Shown here piece by piece: positions 19,844-29,019 of a stretch of DNA of 64,000 nt. The translations under genes were made by a program, and so were the position numbers. Source of the stretch: Candidatus Aenigmatarchaeota archaeon (GTDB taxonomy: Archaea > Aenigmatarchaeota > Aenigmatarchaeia > GW2011-AR5 > JAHLMP01); the NCBI GenBank assembly GCA_018920315.1, contig JAHLMP010000001.1, forward strand, positions 4,206-68,205, read 5' to 3'. The notes below the pieces were generated by a model. It was not told the origin of the DNA. It searched no databases and was given only the letters and a program-made list of their open reading frames with translations. Within the stretch, counting starts at the first letter, position 1. The number at the start of each line of letters is the position of its first letter.

Positions 19844-20263
19844 ATGATAAAAATGACAGTAAAATATGAAGAAATGCTTAAAAAGGCTATAGAAAAGCTA
19901 CCTTCTGTAGTTGAAAATAGCGATAGATTTAAGATTCCTGAATCAGAAGTTACTTATAGCGGAAAGCTTACAATAATAAAAAATTTTAATCAGATTGTAA
20001 ATATTTTGAGAAGAGATCCTAATCATTTAGCAAAGTTTCTATTTAAAGAACTTGCTATTCCAGGAAAGATTGAAGAAAATAAGCTTATATTGCAAAAAAT
20101 TTTTACAAAAGAGAAGATAGATGAAAAAATAAGAGAATATTGTAAAATTTACATATTTTGTAATGAATGTGGCAAGCCAGATACGAAGCTTTTTAAAAAA
20201 GGTAATATATATTTCATAAAATGCGAAGCTTGCGGAGCAGAAAGAAGCGTGCCAAGAGTATGA
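19844..20263 (+). CDS. eif2b: translation initiation factor aIF-2 beta subunit
   Basis: YEEMLKKAIEKLP ... RFKIPE ... ILRRDPNHLAKFLFKELA ... zinc ribbon CNECGKPDT ... CEACGA. Confidence 0.9.
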   Translation: MIKMTVKYEEMLKKAIEKLPSVVENSDRFKIPESEVTYSGKLTIIKNFNQIVNILRRDPNHLAKFLFKELAIPGKIEENKLILQKIFTKEKIDEKIREYCKIYIFCNECGKPDTKLFKKGNIYFIKCEACGAERSVPRV

Positions 20264-20303
20264 AGTTTGTTGTGATCAAAAATTTTCAAATATAGTTAAA
20301 GAG

Positions 20304-20681
20304 TTGAGAAGAAAAATGAGAGGACAGTGGTATATAATTTCTGCGATAATAGTTGCAGGAGCTTTAGTAGCAATCTCGATTATTTTTCGAAGTTATGTTT
20401 ATGATTATTCTTACATAATAAGAATGCAAGAAGATTTTTTGTTTAGAAATGTTGAGCAAGAACTGGAAAAAACTATTTTATACTCAAGAAGCTATGAAGA
20501 ACTTGAATACAATATAAAGCATTTCATAATGTTTTCACAAAGAAGATTTTCTGAGCTCGGCTACTCTCTAAGAATTGTTAATGAAACTTCATTAGCTCTT
20601 CCACCAGCAAAAATAAGATTTAGAATAGATCTTATTTCTGAGAGAGTTAACATAACAAAGGTTGTTGATCTTCCAAGATAG
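20304..20681 (+). CDS. putative archaeal type IV pilin-like protein (class III signal peptide)
   Basis: The N-terminus (MRRK)MRGQ-WYIISAIIVAGALVAISIIF has a basic prepeptide, G-Q and a hydrophobic helix. TTG start in the track; ATG at 20316. Confidence 0.45.
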   Translation: MRRKMRGQWYIISAIIVAGALVAISIIFRSYVYDYSYIIRMQEDFLFRNVEQELEKTILYSRSYEELEYNIKHFIMFSQRRFSELGYSLRIVNETSLALPPAKIRFRIDLISERVNITKVVDLPR

Positions 20682-20692
20682 TATTAATAATA

Positions 20693-21859
20693 TTAACTCT
20701 TAAATTCCTTTATCGCTTCTATCTCTTCTTTTGTAAACATATTTGCTATATTTTCATTCTTTTTTATTAATCCTTTGAAAATAGGTAAATAGCTTAAAGC
20801 ATCTCTACTAGAGCAATGTGTAAGTCTTCCTATTTTCTTGCAGGCTTCCATTAACTCTTCTGGAATTTTCTTTTCATATAAAAATTTTGGAGAGGTATAA
20901 GGAACAAACTTTCTGTAAGTTTCTTTTTTTGCAATGCTAACAAATGATAGGAAATCTATGAAATACTTTTCCAACGCCCAATTTTGTCTTTTTATTATCA
21001 TAGAATAGAAGAAATCTGCCTTTGCTAGATATTCGAAAGCTTTTGCTAGGTCTTCCTCTTTACTATATTCCTTTGGTAAGTTTTCTTCTATCCAAAGAAA
21101 TATTTCTTCCGGCTCCTTCTCTGATTGAGTTATACCAAGCTTAGCTGTTTCTATATTCTTTGTTTTGAATATTATTTTTAGAGTATCAAAAATAGTTTGC
21201 TCCAACTCTCTCGTTGATATTGTTTTTACAGACTCTTCTGTAACTTCATTTAATGTGCTTAAATCTATTATTGCAGCTCTTATGTCCCCATTAGCAAGCC
21301 TAGCTAGTTGCTCTAATGCTCTTTCCTCATATTTTATCTTTTCTTTTTTAGCTATCTTCTCGAGAAATCTTTTTATCTCCTCGCTTTTTATTTTCTCAAA
21401 TTTTATTAGCTTTGATGCTTGCCTTATTGGAAGAAGTGATTTTTCCCAAGGGTTATTTGAAGTTAATATAACAGGATATTCAGAACTTCTTATTAGCTCT
21501 AATATTGCTTTTATCATTCCTTTATCTTTTATTTCTATTTCATCAATCAAAATTAACTTGCCCTTACCAAATATACTTCTTTGCTTTCCAGCTTCGAATA
21601 TATCTCTCTTTATACTCTCATAATCTCTGAAATCTGAAGATGAAAGCTCTATTAGCTCATAGTTAAGCTCTTTTGCTATCAATTCTGCGCAAAGTGTTTT
21701 TCCTACTCCAGAAGGACCGTAAAGAAGAAGTGCCTGCCCTTTTTTGTATTCTTTAATGAACTTTAATGCTTCTTCCATCTGTTTTCTATTTCCGACTACT
21801 TCACTTATACTTTTCGGCTTATATTTCAGAAGAAAGTCTACCATAAAAATATCTTCCAA
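20693..21859 (-). CDS. rfcL: replication factor C large subunit
   Basis: KYKPKSISEVVGN, Walker A GPSGVGKT, Walker B LILIDEIE, and a C-terminal helical domain. Confidence 0.85.
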   Translation of the reverse strand: MEDIFMVDFLLKYKPKSISEVVGNRKQMEEALKFIKEYKKGQALLLYGPSGVGKTLCAELIAKELNYELIELSSSDFRDYESIKRDIFEAGKQRSIFGKGKLILIDEIEIKDKGMIKAILELIRSSEYPVILTSNNPWEKSLLPIRQASKLIKFEKIKSEEIKRFLEKIAKKEKIKYEERALEQLARLANGDIRAAIIDLSTLNEVTEESVKTISTRELEQTIFDTLKIIFKTKNIETAKLGITQSEKEPEEIFLWIEENLPKEYSKEEDLAKAFEYLAKADFFYSMIIKRQNWALEKYFIDFLSFVSIAKKETYRKFVPYTSPKFLYEKKIPEELMEACKKIGRLTHCSSRDALSYLPIFKGLIKKNENIANMFTKEEIEAIKEFKS

Positions 21860-21914
21860 AGAAAATTATAAAATAGTAATATGTTTATAATTATCAGATA
21901 ATCTCTTCCATTAT

Positions 21915-22086
21915 GCCGGAGTGGCGGAACCAGGTAACGCGCGTGGCTCGAGACCACGTGTCCCTTGTGGACTTGCAGGTTCGAAGCGATTTTCACATTT
22001 TATGAAATTATCAAAAATGAAAAATTATAAACGAATTTAATAAAATAGAATCTTGTGTGAAAATCGCAAAAATCCTGCCTCCGGCG
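21915..22086 (+). tRNA. tRNA-Ser(CGA), class II, interrupted by an 87-nt intron in the T-loop
   Basis: Exon 1 is 21915-21985 and exon 2 is 22073-22086. Acceptor gccggag/ctccggc, D stem gcg/cgc, anticodon stem cgtgg/ccacg with loop ctCGAga, variable arm gtcc/ggac, T stem gcagg/cctgc, T-loop ttcgaa|t, discriminator G. The mature product is 85 nt. Confidence 0.85.
21986..22072 (+). other. tRNA intron at a non-canonical (T-loop) position
   Basis: Its ends form a perfect 12-bp helix, gcgattttcaca (21986-21997) with tgtgaaaatcgc (22056-22067). The exact junction is ambiguous by a few nt because of flanking A runs. Confidence 0.75.
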
Positions 22087-22187
22087 TTTTTATTTCTACG
22101 AAGATTTTGCAATTTTATTTAATGAAAATTAGTGCCAAGAAAGAATTGATATACTATATATAAAAATCCACTATAAAACTATCTAAC

Positions 22188-22436
22188 TCAAATCCTTAGA
22201 AAAAGAAAAGCTAAAAATAATGCAAGCATTATCAAGCTCACTATTACTGCAAATCTTACCATTTTTGGATCATTTCCAAATCCAAAAACAAGAGGACCTA
22301 TAAAGCCACCAATACTAAACTTTGTTCTTCCTGTTGTTTCTCCTATGATTAAAGAGAATAAAATCAACAAAATACCTATAAATATTAATACTACCCCAGC
22401 TATCATAATGCTATTGCTTGCTATAAGTTTTAACAT
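22188..22436 (-). CDS. small integral membrane protein (3 TM)
   Basis: 82-aa, strongly hydrophobic ORF. Confidence 0.5.
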   Translation of the reverse strand: MLKLIASNSIMIAGVVLIFIGILLILFSLIIGETTGRTKFSIGGFIGPLVFGFGNDPKMVRFAVIVSLIMLALFLAFLFLRI

Positions 22437-22550
22437 AACATAATATTAGTTCATAAATAATTAATTTTTTGATTTTTGAGGTATAGAATTTTAATTATGC
22501 GAAATGTTGGTTAAATACATAAAGATATTTTATAGATTAGTGTAATTTGT

Positions 22551-24197
22551 ATGGAAGATAAAGAATTAAAAAAAGAAAATATGGAAATGGATAGAAAGGA
22601 AATAATCGAAAATGATGAAAATAAAGAAAATCAAAAGGTTGAGTATGTAAATAATAGATGGATAATAGAAAATTCGATAGAAAAAAGAGAGTACCAAGAA
22701 AGGATTGCAGAAATAGCATCAAGAAAAAATACTCTTTGTGTACTTCCTACTGCAATGGGAAAAACAATAATTGCATTGCTAACGGCAACTAAAATTCTTG
22801 ATAGGCGAGCAAATAAAAAAATTCTTTTTCTAGCACCAACTCGTCCATTAGTTGAGCAGCACAAAAAAACATTTGAAAGATTTTTAAAGCTTGGATTAGA
22901 GCTTGTTTCTATTACAGGAAAAATAAGAAGTGAAAAAAGAGTAGATTTTTATGAAAAGGCTGATATAATCTTTTCTACCCCCCAATGCATTAAAAACGAC
23001 TTGAAGCGCGGCTTACTTTCGCTAAAAGACTTTTCTTTATTAATAGTTGATGAAGCTCAGCACTCTATTGGAAATTATGCTTATACATATATCGCTTCTG
23101 AATTCATGAAACAAACTAACGAGTTGGGCATAATCCTTGCATTAACAGCATCTCCTTCTGCGAATTATTCTAAAATAAGGGAGATAAAGAAAAATCTTTT
23201 TATAGAGCACGTAGAAATAAGAACAGAAAGAGATGAGGATGTAAAGAAGTATTTAAAGCCAGTAGAAATAGAGTGGATAGAGGTCGAGCTTCCTCCAGAA
23301 ATAGAAGAACTGAGAAAATTTCTTCAAGATTTGAAAGAAGAGAATATTAAAAAGCTTGTGAACTTTGGCTTTAATTTAAATAAAAGTAGTCCAAGAAAAG
23401 ATTTGATCTCTATTCAAAACAAAATAATAAAAAAATATGAGGAAACAAAGGATAAAGTATTTTTGGGCTTGCTTTCATTTGTTTCAGAAATAATGAAGAT
23501 TGATTATATGATAGAATTACTAGAAACTCAAGCGACTGAGGCTTTTAAGGAATTTGTTAAAAAGATTATGGATAATGCAAAGCTAAAGAAGGGTGGAGCT
23601 GATGCAAGACTTGCAAAAAAGATAATAGGAGTTATAGATAAAATAAACGTAATAAAAACGCACCCTAAGATGGAAAAATTGAAAGAAATTCTAAGAGAAG
23701 AGCTTCAGAATAAAGATTCGAGAATAATAATATTTGCGCAATTTAGAGCTACTGTAAAGACGATTAAAGAGGAAATAGAAAAGATGGAGGGATGCAGACC
23801 TATTATATTAATAGGACAAAGAGGAAAGGATGGAATTAAACAAAAGGAGCAAGTGGAGCTTGTAAAACTTTATGATAGCGGAGCTTACAATACCTTAATA
23901 ACAACCTCTATTGGAGAAGAAGGTATTCATCTTGGCTCTGCTACAGTTGCTATATTCTTTGAACCAGTTCCTAGTGAGATAAGAATGATACAAAGAAGGG
24001 GAAGAGTTGGAAGAGAAAGAGCTGGAAAAATATATATATTAATAACAAAAGGGACAAGAGACCAAGCATATTATTGGGCATCTCATCATAGAGAAAAAAG
24101 AATGAGAAGGATCTTGGAAAGAATGAAAATGAAAAACAAGTTAAAGGAGCAAAAGGATTTGTTTTTATATTTAGGTGAGAGCTCTGAAAGAAAATGA
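22551..24197 (+). CDS. hef: Hef-type (ERCC4-like) helicase domain protein
   Basis: REYQERIAEIASRKNTLCVLPTAMGKT (motif I), DEAH-type VDEAQH, ALTASP, and C-terminal helicase motifs LITTSIGEEGIH and IQRRGRVGR. Confidence 0.85.
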   Translation: MEDKELKKENMEMDRKEIIENDENKENQKVEYVNNRWIIENSIEKREYQERIAEIASRKNTLCVLPTAMGKTIIALLTATKILDRRANKKILFLAPTRPLVEQHKKTFERFLKLGLELVSITGKIRSEKRVDFYEKADIIFSTPQCIKNDLKRGLLSLKDFSLLIVDEAQHSIGNYAYTYIASEFMKQTNELGIILALTASPSANYSKIREIKKNLFIEHVEIRTERDEDVKKYLKPVEIEWIEVELPPEIEELRKFLQDLKEENIKKLVNFGFNLNKSSPRKDLISIQNKIIKKYEETKDKVFLGLLSFVSEIMKIDYMIELLETQATEAFKEFVKKIMDNAKLKKGGADARLAKKIIGVIDKINVIKTHPKMEKLKEILREELQNKDSRIIIFAQFRATVKTIKEEIEKMEGCRPIILIGQRGKDGIKQKEQVELVKLYDSGAYNTLITTSIGEEGIHLGSATVAIFFEPVPSEIRMIQRRGRVGRERAGKIYILITKGTRDQAYYWASHHREKRMRRILERMKMKNKLKEQKDLFLYLGESSERK

Positions 24198-25020
24198 AAT
24201 TATAGAAGAGAAGGAGGAAGTAGAAATAATAGAAAAATTTGGTAAAGATTCTGAAAAAAGATTAGAAGAATATGACTATTGCGATAAAAATCTAGAATGC
24301 GAAGATCTAGAGTTCGAGAATAACAAAGAAAAAGACAAAAAAATAAAAATCATTGTTGATTCAAGAGAAGCAAATTCTTTGGTTGTAGAATTTTTATTAG
24401 AAAAATGCGAGATTGAGAAAAGGGTTTTAGATATTGGTGATTATCTCATATCCTCTGAAACTTGTTGTGAAAGAAAAACTACAAGCGATTTTGTAAAAAG
24501 CATAATAGATGGTAGATTGTTTACTCAATTAATCGAGATGAAAAATTCTTATTCAAATGCTATCCTAATAATAGAAGGTAATTCTCTTTACGAAAATGAA
24601 AATGTAAGTCCAGAAGCAATAAGAGGGGCTTTAGCTGCTATAGCAACAGAAATAAAAATTCCTATACTTTGGAGTAGAAGTGCCAAAGAGACTGCAGAAC
24701 TTTTGATTGCGATAGCAAAAAGAGAGCAGATAGCAAAAAAGAGAGGGATAAAAATAAGATTTGAGAAAAAGCCAGAAGATATTAGAAGGTTGCAAGAGTA
24801 TCTTGTTGCCGGATTACCTAACGTAGATAGAGAAAGGGCTAGACAATTGCTTAAACATTTTAAGTGCCCAGAGTTTGTTTTTACTGCAACTGAAAGAGAG
24901 CTAATGAAAGTTGAAGGAATAGGTAAGAAATTAGCTCAGAAGATAAGAAAGGTTTTGAGCGAAGATTATGAAGAGCATGAAAATGAAAAACAAAAGAAGT
25001 TGAGAGAGTTTAATCCATAG
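24175..25020 (+). CDS. Hef/XPF-type ERCC4 nuclease domain with (HhH)2
   Basis: IIVDSRE, GDYLISSETCCERKTTSDF (GDx(n)ERKxxxD nuclease motif), and C-terminal helix-hairpin-helix LVAGLPNVDRERARQLL ... LMKVEGIGKKLAQKI. GTG start overlaps the helicase ORF by 23 nt in the +1 frame. Confidence 0.8.
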   Translation: MRALKENEIIEEKEEVEIIEKFGKDSEKRLEEYDYCDKNLECEDLEFENNKEKDKKIKIIVDSREANSLVVEFLLEKCEIEKRVLDIGDYLISSETCCERKTTSDFVKSIIDGRLFTQLIEMKNSYSNAILIIEGNSLYENENVSPEAIRGALAAIATEIKIPILWSRSAKETAELLIAIAKREQIAKKRGIKIRFEKKPEDIRRLQEYLVAGLPNVDRERARQLLKHFKCPEFVFTATERELMKVEGIGKKLAQKIRKVLSEDYEEHENEKQKKLREFNP

Positions 25021-25140
25021 CTTTAGCTTTTTATAGAAAAATTTTTCAACTTTTTAATAGTTTTAGATAAAATAAAAAGTATTTAAATTTTAAACATTAA
25101 CTCAATACTAACGTATAAAACAACTTAAAAATACTTTTAG

Positions 25141-26418
<1,278 letters not shown>

Positions 26419-26455
26419 ATTATTTTTCTTTTTTATTTTTTGAAGAATTTTGTAT

Positions 26456-28282
26456 TTATCTCACTATAGCATACTCTTCATGTGGCTTCTTTAGCAATTT
26501 ATACTTAAAGAAGTTTATTATGTGAAATACACAAATCTTTAAAGCACCTACCTTTCTAATTCTTCTTGGTGATGAGTATGCAATAGCATCTCTTAAGAAT
26601 ATGCACTTCCCAATCTTAGCAAGTTTTCTTGTTAGATCTAAATCTTCGCATGTAGCTAATGCCTCGTTAAAACCATGAACTTGAATAAATGCACTTTTCT
26701 TGCATGAAAGACAATTACCATAAAAGTGAGGATAGTCAATAAAGCTAAGAAAGTTTGCAATCTCTGAGGTAGCTCTATATATAAATCTTTCTAAAAAGCT
26801 TCCTTTTGCCTTTATATATCCAGAAGCGCAAACTACATTCTTTTCTTTAATTCTTTTTACAAGAATTTCTAAAAAGTCTTTTTCAATCTCTGTATCTGCA
26901 TCTAAGAAAAGTAGAATCTCACCTTTCGCAAGATTTGCACCAATATTTCTCGCTAGACCTATGCCACGACGCTTTTCTACTATTACTTTGCACCCATATC
27001 TTCTAGCGATCTCTCTTGTTCTATCTTTTGAATTGCCGTCAACTAAAATAACTTCGCAATTTTTATATGTTTGATTTTTTATTGAAGCTAAAGTTCTTCC
27101 TATATATTTTTCTTCATTGAGAGAAGGTATAACTATAGAAACTAATGGTTTTTTAGAAATTTCTTTATAAATAGAAAGTAAATTTTCCGCTTGCTTCTCT
27201 TTTGATAGCTCTAATGCGGATTTTCTTGCATTCTTTGCTAGTTTATCTCTTAATGACTTGTTTTCAATAATTAAAGTTATCTTTTTTGCAAGATCTTTTG
27301 CATTTTTTGGCTTAAATAATAGACCATTAAATCCATGTTTTACAAAGTCCTTAAAAGCAAGAGAGTTTGCAACAATAACTGGGCAGGAAGAGCTCATAGC
27401 TTCTAGAACGCTTAAGCCTTGAGTTTCAGTTGTAGATGGTGAAACAAAAACATAAGCTTCTCGGTAAGAATTTTTCAATTCTTCCTCGTTCACATATCCA
27501 AAAAACTCGACACTTATTTTAAGATTCTTTGCTATATTTTCCAATCTTTCTCTATCAGGTCCGTCTCCTATTAAAATAAGTCTCGCATTTGGAAATTTTT
27601 TGTAAACTATTTTGAATGCTCTTAACAAAACATCTAAGCTTTTCTCTTTTCCCAACCTTCCAACCCAAAGGATATTTATCTCTTTTTCACTTTTCTTTAT
27701 TCTTGAAGGAGAAAATCTTCTTGTATCTACCCCATTTGGAATAACATGTATCGGAACTTTTACCTCTGCTTCTAAAAGAATTTTTTTGATTGCAAGAGAA
27801 GGTACTATAACTAAATCAAACTTATTGTAAAAAATCTTCGTAAATTTTTTTACAAGCTTAGAAATTAACAAGTCCGTAATAATAATCTTTTTTATATTCC
27901 TAGAAATGAAATAAATCTTAAAATACTCGTCAATAAGTGTATGATAAGTTGCAACGACTGGAATAGAAAGCATTTTTGCTATAGCTAGGCCAAAAACTCC
28001 AATTGTTGCTGGTGTATGCACATGAATTACATCTGGCTCTATCTCTTTTATCCATTTTATTAATTTTCTAGATGGAATTGCAGCTTTATATTCTGGATAA
28101 GGTTTAAAATCATAAGCTCTGCAAGTAAAAACATTCTTAGGAAATTTATAACCTTTTACCTTTGGGCAAACTATAAAAACCTCATGTCCGAATTTTTTTA
28201 AAATAGCCTCAGTATCGGTTACTGCTCTTACAACACCATTTATTTGCGGTTTGTAGGTATCTGTGAAGAAGACTATTCTCAT
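26456..28282 (-). CDS. bifunctional glycosyltransferase (N-terminal GT4-like domain fused to C-terminal GT2-like domain)
   Basis: N-terminal half: MRIVFFTDTYKPQINGV ... GRLGKEKSLDVLL ... PSTTETQGLSVLEAM (GT-B/GT4 E-x7-E region). C-terminal half: VSIVIPSLNEEKYI ... EVILVDGNSKDRT ... LFLDADT (GT-A/GT2 DxD). Confidence 0.8.
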   Translation of the reverse strand: MRIVFFTDTYKPQINGVVRAVTDTEAILKKFGHEVFIVCPKVKGYKFPKNVFTCRAYDFKPYPEYKAAIPSRKLIKWIKEIEPDVIHVHTPATIGVFGLAIAKMLSIPVVATYHTLIDEYFKIYFISRNIKKIIITDLLISKLVKKFTKIFYNKFDLVIVPSLAIKKILLEAEVKVPIHVIPNGVDTRRFSPSRIKKSEKEINILWVGRLGKEKSLDVLLRAFKIVYKKFPNARLILIGDGPDRERLENIAKNLKISVEFFGYVNEEELKNSYREAYVFVSPSTTETQGLSVLEAMSSSCPVIVANSLAFKDFVKHGFNGLLFKPKNAKDLAKKITLIIENKSLRDKLAKNARKSALELSKEKQAENLLSIYKEISKKPLVSIVIPSLNEEKYIGRTLASIKNQTYKNCEVILVDGNSKDRTREIARRYGCKVIVEKRRGIGLARNIGANLAKGEILLFLDADTEIEKDFLEILVKRIKEKNVVCASGYIKAKGSFLERFIYRATSEIANFLSFIDYPHFYGNCLSCKKSAFIQVHGFNEALATCEDLDLTRKLAKIGKCIFLRDAIAYSSPRRIRKVGALKICVFHIINFFKYKLLKKPHEEYAIVR

Positions 28283-28394
28283 AAATCATAATAATTTCCA
28301 AGAAATAATAAAAGCTATATAGAATTAAGATGCAAACAAAATTAATGTAAAAATTTAAAAAATAAAAATGAGTAACTCATCATCTCTTTGCAAT

Positions 28395-28700
28395 TTATCT
28401 CTTTGCGATCTTGTTGAGCTCGCTTTGAACTATGGCAGGCATTACTATACCAACTAAGAGGAAAACTATGAACCATATCAAATGGCTTTCTTTTTTTGTT
28501 ACCTTTGCAAAACCTTCTGAATACTTGTAGAGCCAATATATATTTGCAAAAGGAATTATTATAAGCCATGCTGTTGGAATCTCTGCTCCCAATTCATTAA
28601 GCTCGTTTTTCGTTTTCCATAGCCAATATATGAAATAAATCCCTAGTGTCACTATTCCAAGAAGATATATCAAAACTATGTTTCTCTTTTCTATTGGCAT
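28395..28700 (-). CDS. small membrane protein (DUF4234-like)
   Basis: The motif [15 protein letters not shown] and 3 TM helices resemble the DUF4234 pattern. Confidence 0.5.
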   Translation of the reverse strand: MPIEKRNIVLIYLLGIVTLGIYFIYWLWKTKNELNELGAEIPTAWLIIIPFANIYWLYKYSEGFAKVTKKESHLIWFIVFLLVGIVMPAIVQSELNKIAKR

Positions 28701-28779
28701 AAAATTATTTCTTTTTGCGATATTTAAAGATTAGAATGATCGTTGATTCTAATTTTATTCTATCTTAAATCCTCCTAGA

Positions 28780-28877
28780 CGCTGGGGGTGGGATTCGAAC
28801 CCACGCACCCAAAAGGGAACAGGCTTAGCAGGCCTGCGCTTGTTACTCAAAGGTCTTAACCACTTGGCTACCCCAGC
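28780..28877 (-). tRNA. tRNA-Ser(GCU), class II, with a putative 15-nt intron in the D-arm
   Basis: Acceptor gctgggg/ccccagc, anticodon stem caggc/gcctg with loop ctGCTaa, long variable arm, T arm gtggg-ttcgaat-cccac, discriminator G. The gene is 98 nt. Removing 28840-28854 restores a perfect D stem gcc/ggc and an 83-nt tRNA. Confidence 0.8.
28840..28854 (-). other. putative 15-nt tRNA intron in the D-arm 3' strand
   Basis: Minus-strand sequence acctttgagtaacaa. Without excision the D loop would be ~25 nt and the D stem mispaired (gcc vs agc). Confidence 0.55.
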
Positions 28878-29019
28878 TTTATCAAATAATAAGATCAATA
28901 ACCAAATAAAAATCTCTTTTAATAAAATTAATTATTGAAGAAAAATTAAAATAAAACTTTTAAGCGTATTTATCATAATTATTTTTAGTGTTGTTTGATG
29001 TGAAGATTAGTGATTTGAT

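Noticed and set aside
21165-21623. 152-aa plus-strand ORF
   Set aside because: It is entirely antisense to the well-supported RFC large subunit gene. The same reasoning applies to the other short antisense track ORFs inside smc, scpA, acs, tuf, the GT4-GT2 gene, rtcB, rrp41/42, endA, pyrD and rpoA2.
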